Position numbers and translations under genes: made by a program | Shown here: piece by piece, positions 8,163 to 16,806 of the stretch | Layout: every line of letters begins with the position of its first letter | How positions within the stretch are numbered: position 1 is the first letter of the stretch | The notes under the pieces: generated by a model | Databases searched by the model: none | What the model was told of the DNA's origin: nothing | What the model saw: only the letters and a program-made list of their open reading frames with translations | From: Methylorubrum extorquens | GTDB taxonomy: Bacteria; Pseudomonadota; Alphaproteobacteria; Rhizobiales; Beijerinckiaceae | Length of the DNA: 32,000 nt | Assembly (NCBI GenBank): GCA_900234795.1 | Contig: LT962688.1 | Span: 4,890,001-4,922,000 of the forward strand | Reading direction: 5' to 3'

Positions 8163-9302
8163 ATGCGCGAGCCGAACGCGATCGATTTTTGGCGCGGCTT
8201 CGCGCTCATCACGATTTTCATCAACCACATCCCGGGCAATTTCTTCGAGCGCTACACCTTCTCGCAATACGGCATCTCGGATGCCGCCGAGCTGTTCGTG
8301 TTCCTGGCCGGCTGGTCGATCGGGCTCGCCACCCGCGGTCGCGACGGCCAGCCGGAGCCGCGCCTCACGACCGTGCTGCGCCTCCTGGCGCGCACCGTGG
8401 AGGTCTACCGCGCGCAGATCACGATCATGGCGTTGGCGCTGGCGATGATCGCCGGCTGCGCACTCTATCTCGACAACCCGCTCATCCTCGAATGGCACAA
8501 TGCCGGCGGCTTCTTCGCCGACCCGATCCAGACCATGGTCGGCGTCGTGCTGCTCACGCACCAACTCGGCTTCTTCAACATCCTGCCGCTCTACGTGGTG
8601 TTGATCGCCATCGCCCCCGCCGTCGTGCTGATCGGCCGGGTGAGCCGGCTCCTGCTGCTGGCGCTCTCGCTGTCGCTCTACGGGGCGAGCCTCGTCTTCG
8701 AGTGGAACTTCCCGTCCTGGCCCGGCGAGGGCGACTGGTTCTTCGATCCGCTCTGCTGGCAATTGCTGCTGGTGCTCGGCTTCCTGTCGAACGAGGCGAC
8801 GCGGGGATCGGAGCGGCTGCGGCGCCTCTGGCCGCGGCTGATGCCGCTCGGCGTCGTCATCGTCGCGGTCGGCGTCGTGCTCGCGGTGCTCGAATTGCGG
8901 CCCGATCCGATGCTGGCGCCGGAGCCGCGCCTCGTCTTCACCTTCGACAAGACCTACCTTTCGCCCGCCCGGCTGATCCATTTCTGCGGGATGGTGCTGG
9001 CCTTCCAGGGTGTCTACGCCCTCATCGCCCCGCGCGTCGGGCGCCTTGCCCGCTTTCTGTCGGGTTTGGGGCGCAACTCGCTCGCGGTCTTCTCGATGGG
9101 ATCGCTGTTGAGCCTCGCCGGACAGTTCGTGCGCTTCCAAACCGGCGGCGGTATCTTCGTTGACATTTCGGTCGTAGGCTCCGGCCTGATCGCACTGGGT
9201 TTCACCGCATGGTTCGTCGAATGGCGTTCCCGCAGACCGCGGCCGACGCGCAAGGCTCCCGACACCGCCTCGCCCGCCGACTCGCCGTCCTCCTCGGCCT
9301 GA
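8163..9302 (+). CDS. opgC: OpgC-family membrane acyltransferase (glucan succinylation-type)
   Basis: Starts MREPNAIDFWRGFALITIFINHIPGNFFERYTFSQYGISDAAELFVFLAGW, followed by about 10 hydrophobic segments. The 370-aa N-terminal extension in the ORF track overlaps cbbY and is Arg/Pro junk. Confidence 0.75.
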   Translation: MREPNAIDFWRGFALITIFINHIPGNFFERYTFSQYGISDAAELFVFLAGWSIGLATRGRDGQPEPRLTTVLRLLARTVEVYRAQITIMALALAMIAGCALYLDNPLILEWHNAGGFFADPIQTMVGVVLLTHQLGFFNILPLYVVLIAIAPAVVLIGRVSRLLLLALSLSLYGASLVFEWNFPSWPGEGDWFFDPLCWQLLLVLGFLSNEATRGSERLRRLWPRLMPLGVVIVAVGVVLAVLELRPDPMLAPEPRLVFTFDKTYLSPARLIHFCGMVLAFQGVYALIAPRVGRLARFLSGLGRNSLAVFSMGSLLSLAGQFVRFQTGGGIFVDISVVGSGLIALGFTAWFVEWRSRRPRPTRKAPDTASPADSPSSSA

Positions 9303-10204
9303 GTCTCGCCTCGCCTGCCCTTGGCGAGACCTCGGGCGCCGCGCCGATGCCGCCCGCGACCGCGACGGTCGAGGCGCTCGACCTGAGCCTGTCGCCCGAA
9401 TGCCGGGTGCCGGGCTCGAAGCTCTACACCCTGGCCCGGCTCAAGGCGGTCAAGGCCGCGCTCAAGGAGAAGCGGCCGATCCACGTCCTGTCGATCGGCT
9501 CCTCCTCGGCGGGGCTCGGTGCCTCCGCGAGCTATCCGGTGAAGCTGGAAAACGCCCTGGAGCAGGCGCTGCCCGACGTTCAGATCGAGGTCGAGGCCCG
9601 CGGGCTGCCCGGCGAGGTCGCGAGCGGGGCGGGCGAGCGGCTGCGCTCCATGGTCGCCGAGATGGAGCCGGACCTCGTCGTCTGGCAGGTCGGCACCAAC
9701 GATGCCCTGGCTCGCGTCGATATCGAGGCCTTCGGCGAGGCGCTCGATGAATCGGTGCAGTGGGTCAAATCCCACGGCATCGACATCGTGCTCATCGACC
9801 CCGTCTTCACCGAGAGTCTGGCCGACGACGCCTATTACACCCAGATGGTGCGCACCGTGCAGGACGTCGCCCGCCGCGAGGCGGTGCCGCTGGTCCACCG
9901 CTACGCGGCGATGCGCTTCCTCTCGACCCAGCGCACCACCGAGGCGCACATGCTGGGCCGCCATTTCCGGCTCAACGATCTCGGCCTTCGCTGCATGGCC
10001 GAGCACGCCACGCGGGCGATCACCCTGTCGCTCCTCCAGCCGGATGCGGCCAAGGATGCCGGCAAGATCGATCCGGGCAAGATCGATCCGAACAAGACCG
10101 ATGCGGTGAAGACGGACCACGCCACGTCCGAAACCACGAAGTCCGACCCGACCCAGACCGGAACGCCGGGCTCCGGACCGACCCCGGCGCTCAAGCAGCC
10201 GTAG
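9221..10204 (+). CDS. Secreted SGNH/GDSL-family hydrolase or O-acyl esterase
   Basis: The signal peptide is RHRLARRLAVLLGLSLASPALG. Block I is VLSIGSSSAG and block III is VVWQVGTND. The start is ATG 9221 or 9209, and both lie inside the opgC 3' end. The low-complexity tail is KIDPGKIDPNKTDAVKTD. Confidence 0.7.
   Translation: MAFPQTAADAQGSRHRLARRLAVLLGLSLASPALGETSGAAPMPPATATVEALDLSLSPECRVPGSKLYTLARLKAVKAALKEKRPIHVLSIGSSSAGLGASASYPVKLENALEQALPDVQIEVEARGLPGEVASGAGERLRSMVAEMEPDLVVWQVGTNDALARVDIEAFGEALDESVQWVKSHGIDIVLIDPVFTESLADDAYYTQMVRTVQDVARREAVPLVHRYAAMRFLSTQRTTEAHMLGRHFRLNDLGLRCMAEHATRAITLSLLQPDAAKDAGKIDPGKIDPNKTDAVKTDHATSETTKSDPTQTGTPGSGPTPALKQP
10061..10090 (+). repeat. Perfect 15-bp tandem duplication (GGCAAGATCGATCCG x2) inside the SGNH gene tail
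   Basis: 10061..10075 and 10076..10090 are identical. Two degenerate units follow (AACAAGACCGATGCG, GTGAAGACGGACCAC). The repeat encodes GKIDP GKIDP NKTDA VKTDH. Confidence 0.85.
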
Positions 10205-10322
10205 GGCCGGCCGCGGACGTTTTGTGACACCCTCTTAACCCGCTCGAAATGCCGCGCTTCCTAGGCTGATCGTCGAGCGTGCCGGCCACATCCGCGCCCG
10301 GCGCCTTTCGGATGGCGCGCCC

Positions 10323-11699
10323 ATGGCAGCGGACAAGGTGATCGCGGGCGGCCTCCCAGCATCATTTCTCGAGACCCTTCTCGTCCGGTCTCGGGCGGTG
10401 CGTGCCACGGCCGCCGTCTCGGCGCTCGGCGTGTTCGCGGTCCGCATCGGCGCGGCCGGTTTCGCCTACGGGGCGCAGGTCCTGATGGCGCGCATGATGG
10501 GCGGCGCGGAATACGGGATCTTCGCCACGATCTGGGTCTGGATCGCCATCCTCGGCCACACCGCGACCTTCGGCCTGTCCCAGGGCGCCTGCCGCTTCCT
10601 GCCCGCCGATCAGGCGACGAGCCGGCTCGACGATGTGCGCGGCTTCCTGCTCAGCGGGGCACTCGTGAGCCTCGGCGGGGGGCTCGCCCTGTCGCTCGGT
10701 GGCCTCGCCGTGGCCTTCCTGCAGGGCGGCCTGCTCGCCGGCCCCTACGGAACGCCGATCCTGGTCGCGGCCGTCGTCGTGCCGCTCTTCGCCTTCCAAG
10801 ACTATCTCGAGGGCGTGGCCCGCAGCCAGGGCTGGCCGCTGCTCGCCATCGCGCCGCCCTACCTGCTGCGCCAAGCTCTGATCATGATCGCGATGATCGG
10901 CGCCGTGCTCGCGGGCGCGCCGGCCGAGGCCTGGATCGCCATCGCCTGTACGCTGGCCGCGACCGGCCTCGCGGCAGCGGTTCAGGCCGGGCTGCTGCTG
11001 GCGCGCCTGCGCCGCCACCTGCCGGCCGGCCCGCGCCACTACCGCTGGCGGCTGTGGCTGGCCGCCTGCCTGCCGATCGCGGCGGGCGACCTCGCCGCGA
11101 GCGCCTTCGGCTTCGTCGATGTCGTGATCCTCGGCTTCCTCGCAGCCCCGGAGGCCGTCGGCCTCTACTTTGCCGCCACCCGCATCCAGCAATTCGTGGC
11201 CTTCGTGCATTACGCGGCCTCGGCCACGACCGCCCAGCGCCTCGCCGCCGCCCGCGCCCGCGGCGACGAGGCGGGGCTCGCGCATCTCGTGCGCATGCAG
11301 GCGCGCTGGACCTTCCTGGCGACGGCGGGCGTCGGCGTCGGCATCGTCGCGGTGTCGCCGCTGCTGCTCGGCCTGTTCGGCGAAGGGTTTCGCGCCAGCC
11401 TTCCGGTTCTGGCGATCCTCGTCGCTGGCAGCGTCGCGGCGAGCCTGTTCGGCCCGGCCGAGGATGTGCTGACCATGCTCGGCGGCGAGCGGCTCTGCGC
11501 CGGCGTCACCCTGGCGATGCTGGTCCTCGCCGCGGGGCTCTGCCTTACCCTGGTGCCCTGGCTCGGGGTCGTCGGCGCGGCCCTGGCGGTGGGGCTGGCT
11601 CAGACACTGCGCGGGTTCATCCTGGCGCTCGGCGCCCGGTCCCTTCACGGTCTCTCGACGCCGGTCGTCGGATTTCCCCAGCGGAGTGCCGCCCGGTGA
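10323..11699 (+). CDS. Polysaccharide/oligosaccharide flippase-like membrane protein (MOP/Wzx superfamily)
   Basis: 458 aa. By eye there are 12 or more hydrophobic helices, very Ala/Leu/Gly rich, with an organisation typical of polysaccharide biosynthesis exporters. Family assignment is by architecture only. Confidence 0.65.
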   Translation: MAADKVIAGGLPASFLETLLVRSRAVRATAAVSALGVFAVRIGAAGFAYGAQVLMARMMGGAEYGIFATIWVWIAILGHTATFGLSQGACRFLPADQATSRLDDVRGFLLSGALVSLGGGLALSLGGLAVAFLQGGLLAGPYGTPILVAAVVVPLFAFQDYLEGVARSQGWPLLAIAPPYLLRQALIMIAMIGAVLAGAPAEAWIAIACTLAATGLAAAVQAGLLLARLRRHLPAGPRHYRWRLWLAACLPIAAGDLAASAFGFVDVVILGFLAAPEAVGLYFAATRIQQFVAFVHYAASATTAQRLAAARARGDEAGLAHLVRMQARWTFLATAGVGVGIVAVSPLLLGLFGEGFRASLPVLAILVAGSVAASLFGPAEDVLTMLGGERLCAGVTLAMLVLAAGLCLTLVPWLGVVGAALAVGLAQTLRGFILALGARSLHGLSTPVVGFPQRSAAR

Positions 11700-12841
11700 T
11701 GCGCGCCCTTTCCCTTTCCGGATCGTCGCGGGCGGCGGTCGAGCCCGTTGCCGCGCTCGCTGCCGAGGCCTCGGCCTGGGACGCGCTGGCGGTCCAAGCC
11801 GTCTCCGCGCATCCGTTCTATGCGCGGGCGGTCGTTGCGGCCCATTGCGACCATGGCCTGTGCCATCCCCGCCTCTCGGCGGTGGTCGTCCGTGACGGGG
11901 CAGCGATTGCCGCTCTGCTGCCCTTCACCCTGCGTCCCGACATCGCCGGGCTCGGCGCGGCGATCGCGCAGCCCTTCCTCTCGCCCTACATGACGGCGAG
12001 CGCCCCCCTCGTCGCCGATGGTCCCGGCCTGGAGGAGCGGCTCGATGCCCTGGTGGAGGGCCTTGCGCATGCCTCCGGCGGCCGGCCCTGGCGCTGGCCG
12101 CTGCTCGCGACCGAGACCCGTCTCGGCCTCGGGCTGCTCGCTGCCATGGAGCGGGCCGGCTGGCGGACCGGCACCGTCGCGCGTTTCGAGCGCCCGGTTC
12201 TCGACCGGCGGGCCGATTACGACGCCTTCCTCGCCGGTCACCCGCATAAAAGCCGCCTCAAGGACCTGCGCCGCCGCCGCCGCCGTCTGGAAGAGGCCGG
12301 GACGCTCACCGTTGAGCGCGCCACGGAGGGAGCCACGCTGGAACGGGCGCTGGAGGACTTTCTCACCCTCGAAGCGGCCGGCTGGAAGGGCGAGGCCGGC
12401 ACGGCCCTGCGCAGCCGCCCGCGAACCGAAGCCTTCGCCCGCGCCCTGTTCCGGCCAGCCGGTGGTCCCGTCGCCGTCCGGGCAGATTGGCTGCGACTCG
12501 ACGGGCGCACGATCGCGGCAAGCCTCGCCCTGGTCTCCAGCGGCACCGCCCATCTGCTCAAGACCGCCTATGACGAGGGCTTGCGGGCCCTGGCCCCCGG
12601 CCTCGTGCTGGAAGACGCCATCGTGCGCGCCCTCCATGCCGAGGGCTTTGCCGCGCGGCTCGATTCGGCGACGATGCCGGGATCGGCGCTCGAAAGCCTC
12701 TACCCCGAGCGCGAAAGCATCGCCGAGATCATCGCCCAGCCGCCGGGCGCCGGCCTGATCTCACTGGAACGGCGCCTCCGCCTCGCCCGGTTCGAGCATC
12801 GCGCACGGGCCGAGGCCAAGCGCCTGCTGCGGCGGGGCTGA
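11699..12841 (+). CDS. GNAT-fold acyltransferase, CelD/BioF2-like (Acetyltransf_6 type)
   Basis: Starts MRALSLSGSS. Contains HKSRLKDLRRRRRRLEE, FLTLEAAGWKGEAGTAL and LLKTAYDEGLRALAPGLVL, which resembles the CelD-like family seen in exopolysaccharide loci. The ATG overlaps the flippase stop (TGATG). Confidence 0.65.
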   Translation: MRALSLSGSSRAAVEPVAALAAEASAWDALAVQAVSAHPFYARAVVAAHCDHGLCHPRLSAVVVRDGAAIAALLPFTLRPDIAGLGAAIAQPFLSPYMTASAPLVADGPGLEERLDALVEGLAHASGGRPWRWPLLATETRLGLGLLAAMERAGWRTGTVARFERPVLDRRADYDAFLAGHPHKSRLKDLRRRRRRLEEAGTLTVERATEGATLERALEDFLTLEAAGWKGEAGTALRSRPRTEAFARALFRPAGGPVAVRADWLRLDGRTIAASLALVSSGTAHLLKTAYDEGLRALAPGLVLEDAIVRALHAEGFAARLDSATMPGSALESLYPERESIAEIIAQPPGAGLISLERRLRLARFEHRARAEAKRLLRRG

Positions 12842-12862
12842 TGCCGCGTCGAAGGCGCTGAA

Positions 12863-13177
12863 TTAGCGCGTCGAGTTCTCGCCGTTGTTGCGCTGGACGC
12901 AGCGATAGCCGGCGAAGCAGTACGGATTGTCCAGGGTCGGCTCGAAGGCGGGGCGGGCGGTCACTTCGTTGCGGCAATCTCCGCTGTCGAGATGCACCGC
13001 CTCGTAGGCGTTCGGGCTCGTGGCGAGCACGACACGGCGCTGCCGCGCCACCAGAGCCTGCACCGCCCCGCAGGTGAGAGACGGGGTGAAGGGCCGTTCC
13101 TGGGCCGAGGCCGCCGTGCCGGCGAGGCCGCCGACGCCGAGACAGAGGGCGTGGAGGAGAGAGAGCGTGCGCTGCAT
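12863..13177 (-). CDS. Small secreted protein with four Cys, unknown function
   Basis: Starts MQRTLSLLHALCLGVGGLAGTAASA-QERPF, which includes a signal peptide. The mature part has C36, C67, C87 and C93. The internal ATG at 13175..13177 was chosen. Confidence 0.55.
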   Translation of the reverse strand: MQRTLSLLHALCLGVGGLAGTAASAQERPFTPSLTCGAVQALVARQRRVVLATSPNAYEAVHLDSGDCRNEVTARPAFEPTLDNPYCFAGYRCVQRNNGENSTR

Positions 13178-13371
13178 CGTCGTGGGACCTGCCCGAGCCG
13201 GAGGGAGGAGCCTCGGGACGATCCCGGGTTCTGCACCCTGAACCGTGCTTGCGCCATACCGGTTCTCGGCGCCTGTTCTTGGCCCCTGTGAGCCGTCGGC
13301 GGCGATGCTGGGGGGCGCGGGAACTGTTCTCCCCCTGAGACCCTTCACCGGAAATAACTCCGGAGGCGCCT

Positions 13372-13581
13372 TTGACCCCGACCGACGCGACCAGACCCGA
13401 CGATCCCGTGGAGAGCCCGGGGGCCCGGAGCTACGAGCAGCGTCCGGTCTCCAAACCGGTTCCGGAGCATCGTTCTCCCGCGCCGAGCGAGCCCGGCGAT
13501 ATCGGTTCCGGGTGGGACAAGGAGAAGCCGTCGCGCGAAGAGCCGCGCTCCGGTGATGGCCCCGGTTACCGCGGCGGTTGA
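13372..13581 (+). CDS. Possible small hydrophilic disordered protein (69 aa, TTG start)
   Basis: GGAGG at 13362..13366 lies 5 nt before TTG 13372. The product is Pro/Asp/Glu/Ser/Gly rich with no hydrophobic core. It lies 33 nt upstream of the MBL gene on the same strand. Confidence 0.3.
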   Translation: MTPTDATRPDDPVESPGARSYEQRPVSKPVPEHRSPAPSEPGDIGSGWDKEKPSREEPRSGDGPGYRGG

Positions 13582-13613
13582 TCCAACCTCATGCGCAGGC
13601 GGGAGGAAGGCCC

Positions 13614-14426
13614 GTGACGATCCACATCTGCGTCACCTGCGGAACCAGCTTCCCCGACGCGCCGAGCCCGCCCGAGCGATGCCCGATCTGCGACGAGGAG
13701 CGGCAATACGTGCCCGCCTCCGGCCAAAGCTGGACGAATCCCGGCGCACTCGCATCCGCTCACGCCAACGCGTGGCGGCAGGTCGAGCCGGGGCTGTTCG
13801 AGATCGAGACCCATCCCCGTTTCGCCATCGGCCAGCGCGCCTTCCTGCTGCGCACGCCACAGGGCAATGTTCTGTGGGATTGCATCGCCCTGCTCGATCC
13901 GGCCACCGTCGCACTGGTGCGTTCGCTCGGCGGCCTGGCCGGCATCGCGATCTCGCATCCGCACTACTACACGACCATGCCCGATTGGGCGGCGGCCTTC
14001 GATGCGCCGGTCTACCTCCACGCCCGCGACCGCGAATGGGTGATGCGCCCCGACGACCGCGTGGTGTTCTGGGAGGAGGATGAGCGCGCTCTTGCCCCCA
14101 GCCTGACCCTGCTGCGCCTCGGCGGCCACTTCCCCGGCGGTTCCGTGCTGCACTGGCAGGACGGGGCGGACGGGCGCGGCGCGCTACTCGCGGGCGACAT
14201 CGTGCAGGCCGGTGCGGACCGGAAGAGCGTCTCCTTCCAGTGGAGCTACCCGAACTGGCTGCCGCTCTCCGGCGGCACCGTCGCACGCATCGCGGCCCGG
14301 CTGGAAACGAAGGCGTTCGCCCGCCTTTACGGCGCCTTCGGCCTGCATATCACCGACGATGCAGGCGCCGTCGTCAGCCGTTCGGCGGCGCGCTACCGGG
14401 ATCTCTTGGCGCAGGATCAGCCCTGA
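13614..14426 (+). CDS. MBL-fold metallo-hydrolase-like protein with N-terminal CxxC...CxxC zinc ribbon
   Basis: The GTG at 13614 is preceded by GGGAGGAAGG. The ribbon is ICVTCGTSFPDAPSPPERCPICDEE. The MBL core includes FLLRTPQGNVLWDC, IAISHPHYYTT (a degenerate HxHxDH) and RLGGHFPGGSVLHW. Confidence 0.8.
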   Translation: MTIHICVTCGTSFPDAPSPPERCPICDEERQYVPASGQSWTNPGALASAHANAWRQVEPGLFEIETHPRFAIGQRAFLLRTPQGNVLWDCIALLDPATVALVRSLGGLAGIAISHPHYYTTMPDWAAAFDAPVYLHARDREWVMRPDDRVVFWEEDERALAPSLTLLRLGGHFPGGSVLHWQDGADGRGALLAGDIVQAGADRKSVSFQWSYPNWLPLSGGTVARIAARLETKAFARLYGAFGLHITDDAGAVVSRSAARYRDLLAQDQP

Positions 14427-14559
14427 CGTCTTCCCCGGTTCGGCCCCTGGCGGGTCTCGGGAACAGCGTCGCGCCGGCCAGCGCGCCGATGAGTGCGGCA
14501 AGGCCGAAGCGCCATCGCTTGCCCCGCGCGCCGGCCGTACCCGTTTCGGTCGTCGGCAT
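14374..14559 (-). CDS. Possible small single-pass membrane protein (61 aa)
   Basis: The ATG at 14557..14559 is preceded by GAGG with a 7-nt spacer. The product MPTTETGTAGARGKRWRFGLAALIGALAGATLF has one TM segment, and GC3 is high in the first ~30 codons. The 3' end overlaps the convergent MBL gene by 53 nt, which lowers confidence. Confidence 0.25.
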   Translation of the reverse strand: MPTTETGTAGARGKRWRFGLAALIGALAGATLFPRPARGRTGEDVRADPAPRDPGSAPPNG

Positions 14560-14913
14560 CGGATCGCCTCGTGCAAGACCGTGAGGAGGGATCGTGTCCT
14601 CGCCCCCGACGTCTACCATCGCGGCCGCGAACCCGGCCACCGACGCCACCGCGAAAGATTCGCCTTCACGGACACGCTCACGCCGCATCTCACGGCCTTG
14701 TCGGTCGGCGGCGTTCCGGCGGTTGCGGGCGGCCCGTGGCGGATCGGGCGTCCGACCGCGGAGACGATCAGACCCGAGCCGTCACCGCCCCGCGTTGCCT
14801 CGGAGTGGTCGCGCGGCCTATAAGCGAAGCCCCCGACACATCCCGCGCGGCGTCGAGGATCCTTCTTGCGTGAAGGAGCCCTCCGCCCGCACGAACGAGA
14901 AGACGATCCCGCC

Positions 14914-15660
14914 ATGGCCGGGCATTCCCAGTTCAAGAACATCATGCACCGCAAGGGCCGCGTCGATGCGGTCCGCTCGAAGGTGTTCAGCAAGCTCGCC
15001 CGCGAAATCACGGTGGCGGCCAAGCTCGGCACGCCCGACCCCTCGATGAACCCGCGTCTGCGCGCCGCCATCCTCGCGGCCCGGGCGGAGAACATGCCCA
15101 AGGACAACATCGAGCGTGCCATCAAGAAGGCGGTGGGTGGGGACGGCGAGAACTACGAGGAGATCCGCTACGAGGGCTACGGCCCCGGCGGTGCCGCGCT
15201 GATCGTCGAGGCGCAGACCGACAACCGCAACCGCACTGCCTCCGACGTGCGCTCGGCCTTCACCAAGTCCGGCGGCAGCCTCGCCGAGACCGGCGCCGTC
15301 GCCTTCATGTTCGACCGTGTCGGCGTCATCGCCTTTGCGCCGGACGTGGCCGATGCCGACACGATGCTGGAGGCCGCCATCGAGGCCGGCGCCGACGACG
15401 TGCGTTCGGATACGGAGGGCCACGAGGTCATCTGCGCCCAGGACGCCTACGGCGACGTGTCGAAGGCGCTAGAGGGCCGCTTCGGCGAGCCGCGCCGGAC
15501 CGGCCTGATCTGGAAGGCGCAGAACACCATCGACGTCGATGACGAGACCGGTGAGAAGCTGATCCGCCTCGTCGAGGTGATCGAGGATCAGGACGACGTG
15601 CAGAACGTCTACGTCAACTTCGCGCTGTCCGAGGCGTTGGTGGAGAAGATGGGCGCGTAA
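14914..15660 (+). CDS. yebC: YebC/PmpR-family transcriptional regulator
   Basis: Contains [64 protein letters not shown] and YEGYGPGG, which is family-diagnostic sequence. Confidence 0.92.
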   Translation: MAGHSQFKNIMHRKGRVDAVRSKVFSKLAREITVAAKLGTPDPSMNPRLRAAILAARAENMPKDNIERAIKKAVGGDGENYEEIRYEGYGPGGAALIVEAQTDNRNRTASDVRSAFTKSGGSLAETGAVAFMFDRVGVIAFAPDVADADTMLEAAIEAGADDVRSDTEGHEVICAQDAYGDVSKALEGRFGEPRRTGLIWKAQNTIDVDDETGEKLIRLVEVIEDQDDVQNVYVNFALSEALVEKMGA

Positions 15661-15838
15661 GCCGACGCCCGCGCTTTGCGGATGCTCGCACTGCCCCGTT
15701 GACGGCGAGGAGAGGTTCTGCCGCTGAACCATGCTGCCGATTTGTCGCGCGGAACCGCCGGGGTCCGTGCGCTATATGCCCTGCGAGACCGGCGCTGAGC
15801 CGGCCATCGACGACGCGCAAGGCCCCTCTCTTCGACCG

Positions 15839-16735
15839 ATGCACGACCGCCCGCTCATCCTCGGCATCCACGGCCTCGCCAACAAGCCGCCGAAAGAAGA
15901 GAAGCAGGCGTGGTGGGCCGAGGCGATCCGTGAGGGACTTCGGCGCAACCTCGGCGAGGATCCGCGGGATCTGTCCTTCGACTTCGTCTACTGGGCCGAC
16001 CTGCGCTACGACGCGCCGCTCTCCGAGGACAGCAACCGGGAACCCTACTACCCCGCGCGGGGGAGGGGACCGTTCCCGAGCGCCGACGGCGTGTGCGCCC
16101 CGACCCTGACCGACCGACTCTACCGCATCGTCGAATGGGCGCAGGAGAAGACCGGGCGTCTCGTCCTCGACGATTTCATCATCGAGCACCGGCTCGACGA
16201 CCTGTGGGGCTACTACGAGGATGCCGCGTTCCGCGAGTCCGCCCGCGACCGCTTGCGGGAGGCGCTGGAGCAGCATGCCGGCCGGCCCCTGCTGCTCGCC
16301 GCCCATTCCATGGGCTCGCTGATCGCCTACGATGTGCTCCGCCAGCTCGAGTGCGACGGGCGCTGTCCGCGGATCGAGCACTTCGTCACCATGGGCGCCC
16401 CCCTCGGTCTCGCCGAGATCAAGCATCGCCTCGCCGAGGAGCACGGGGCCTTGCGCGTGCCCTACGCCGTGGCCCGCTGGAGCAATCTCGGCGACCGCGA
16501 GGACGTGGCGACCGTCGGCACGACGTTGGCCGAGGCCTATGCCCCGAACCTGACGGGTGTGGGCGTGATCGATCGTCCCGTGCTCAACACTTATCGGCGC
16601 CCGCGCGGCAGCGTGAACCACCACAAATCCTACGGCTACCTGCGCACGCCGGAATTCTCGGAAGCCGTCGCGGCGTTTCTCGACCGAGAGGACGCGGTTG
16701 CCCCCGTCGAGATGTCGGATGCCAGAAGCGCCTGA
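15839..16735 (+). CDS. Alpha/beta hydrolase, lipase/esterase-like (start may be 15776 or 15731)
   Basis: Has a first strand PLILGIHGLANKP and a nucleophile elbow LLAAHSMGSLIAYDVL (GxSxG type), followed by VTMGAPLG. I do not recognise a more specific family. Confidence 0.7.
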   Translation: MHDRPLILGIHGLANKPPKEEKQAWWAEAIREGLRRNLGEDPRDLSFDFVYWADLRYDAPLSEDSNREPYYPARGRGPFPSADGVCAPTLTDRLYRIVEWAQEKTGRLVLDDFIIEHRLDDLWGYYEDAAFRESARDRLREALEQHAGRPLLLAAHSMGSLIAYDVLRQLECDGRCPRIEHFVTMGAPLGLAEIKHRLAEEHGALRVPYAVARWSNLGDREDVATVGTTLAEAYAPNLTGVGVIDRPVLNTYRRPRGSVNHHKSYGYLRTPEFSEAVAAFLDREDAVAPVEMSDARSA

Positions 16736-16806
16736 GGGTCGGGCGACGCGGCACGATCCTCGCCGTCATCGCGAGCGGTTGGCGCCCCGAGGATGCCGGA
16801 CGAGGC

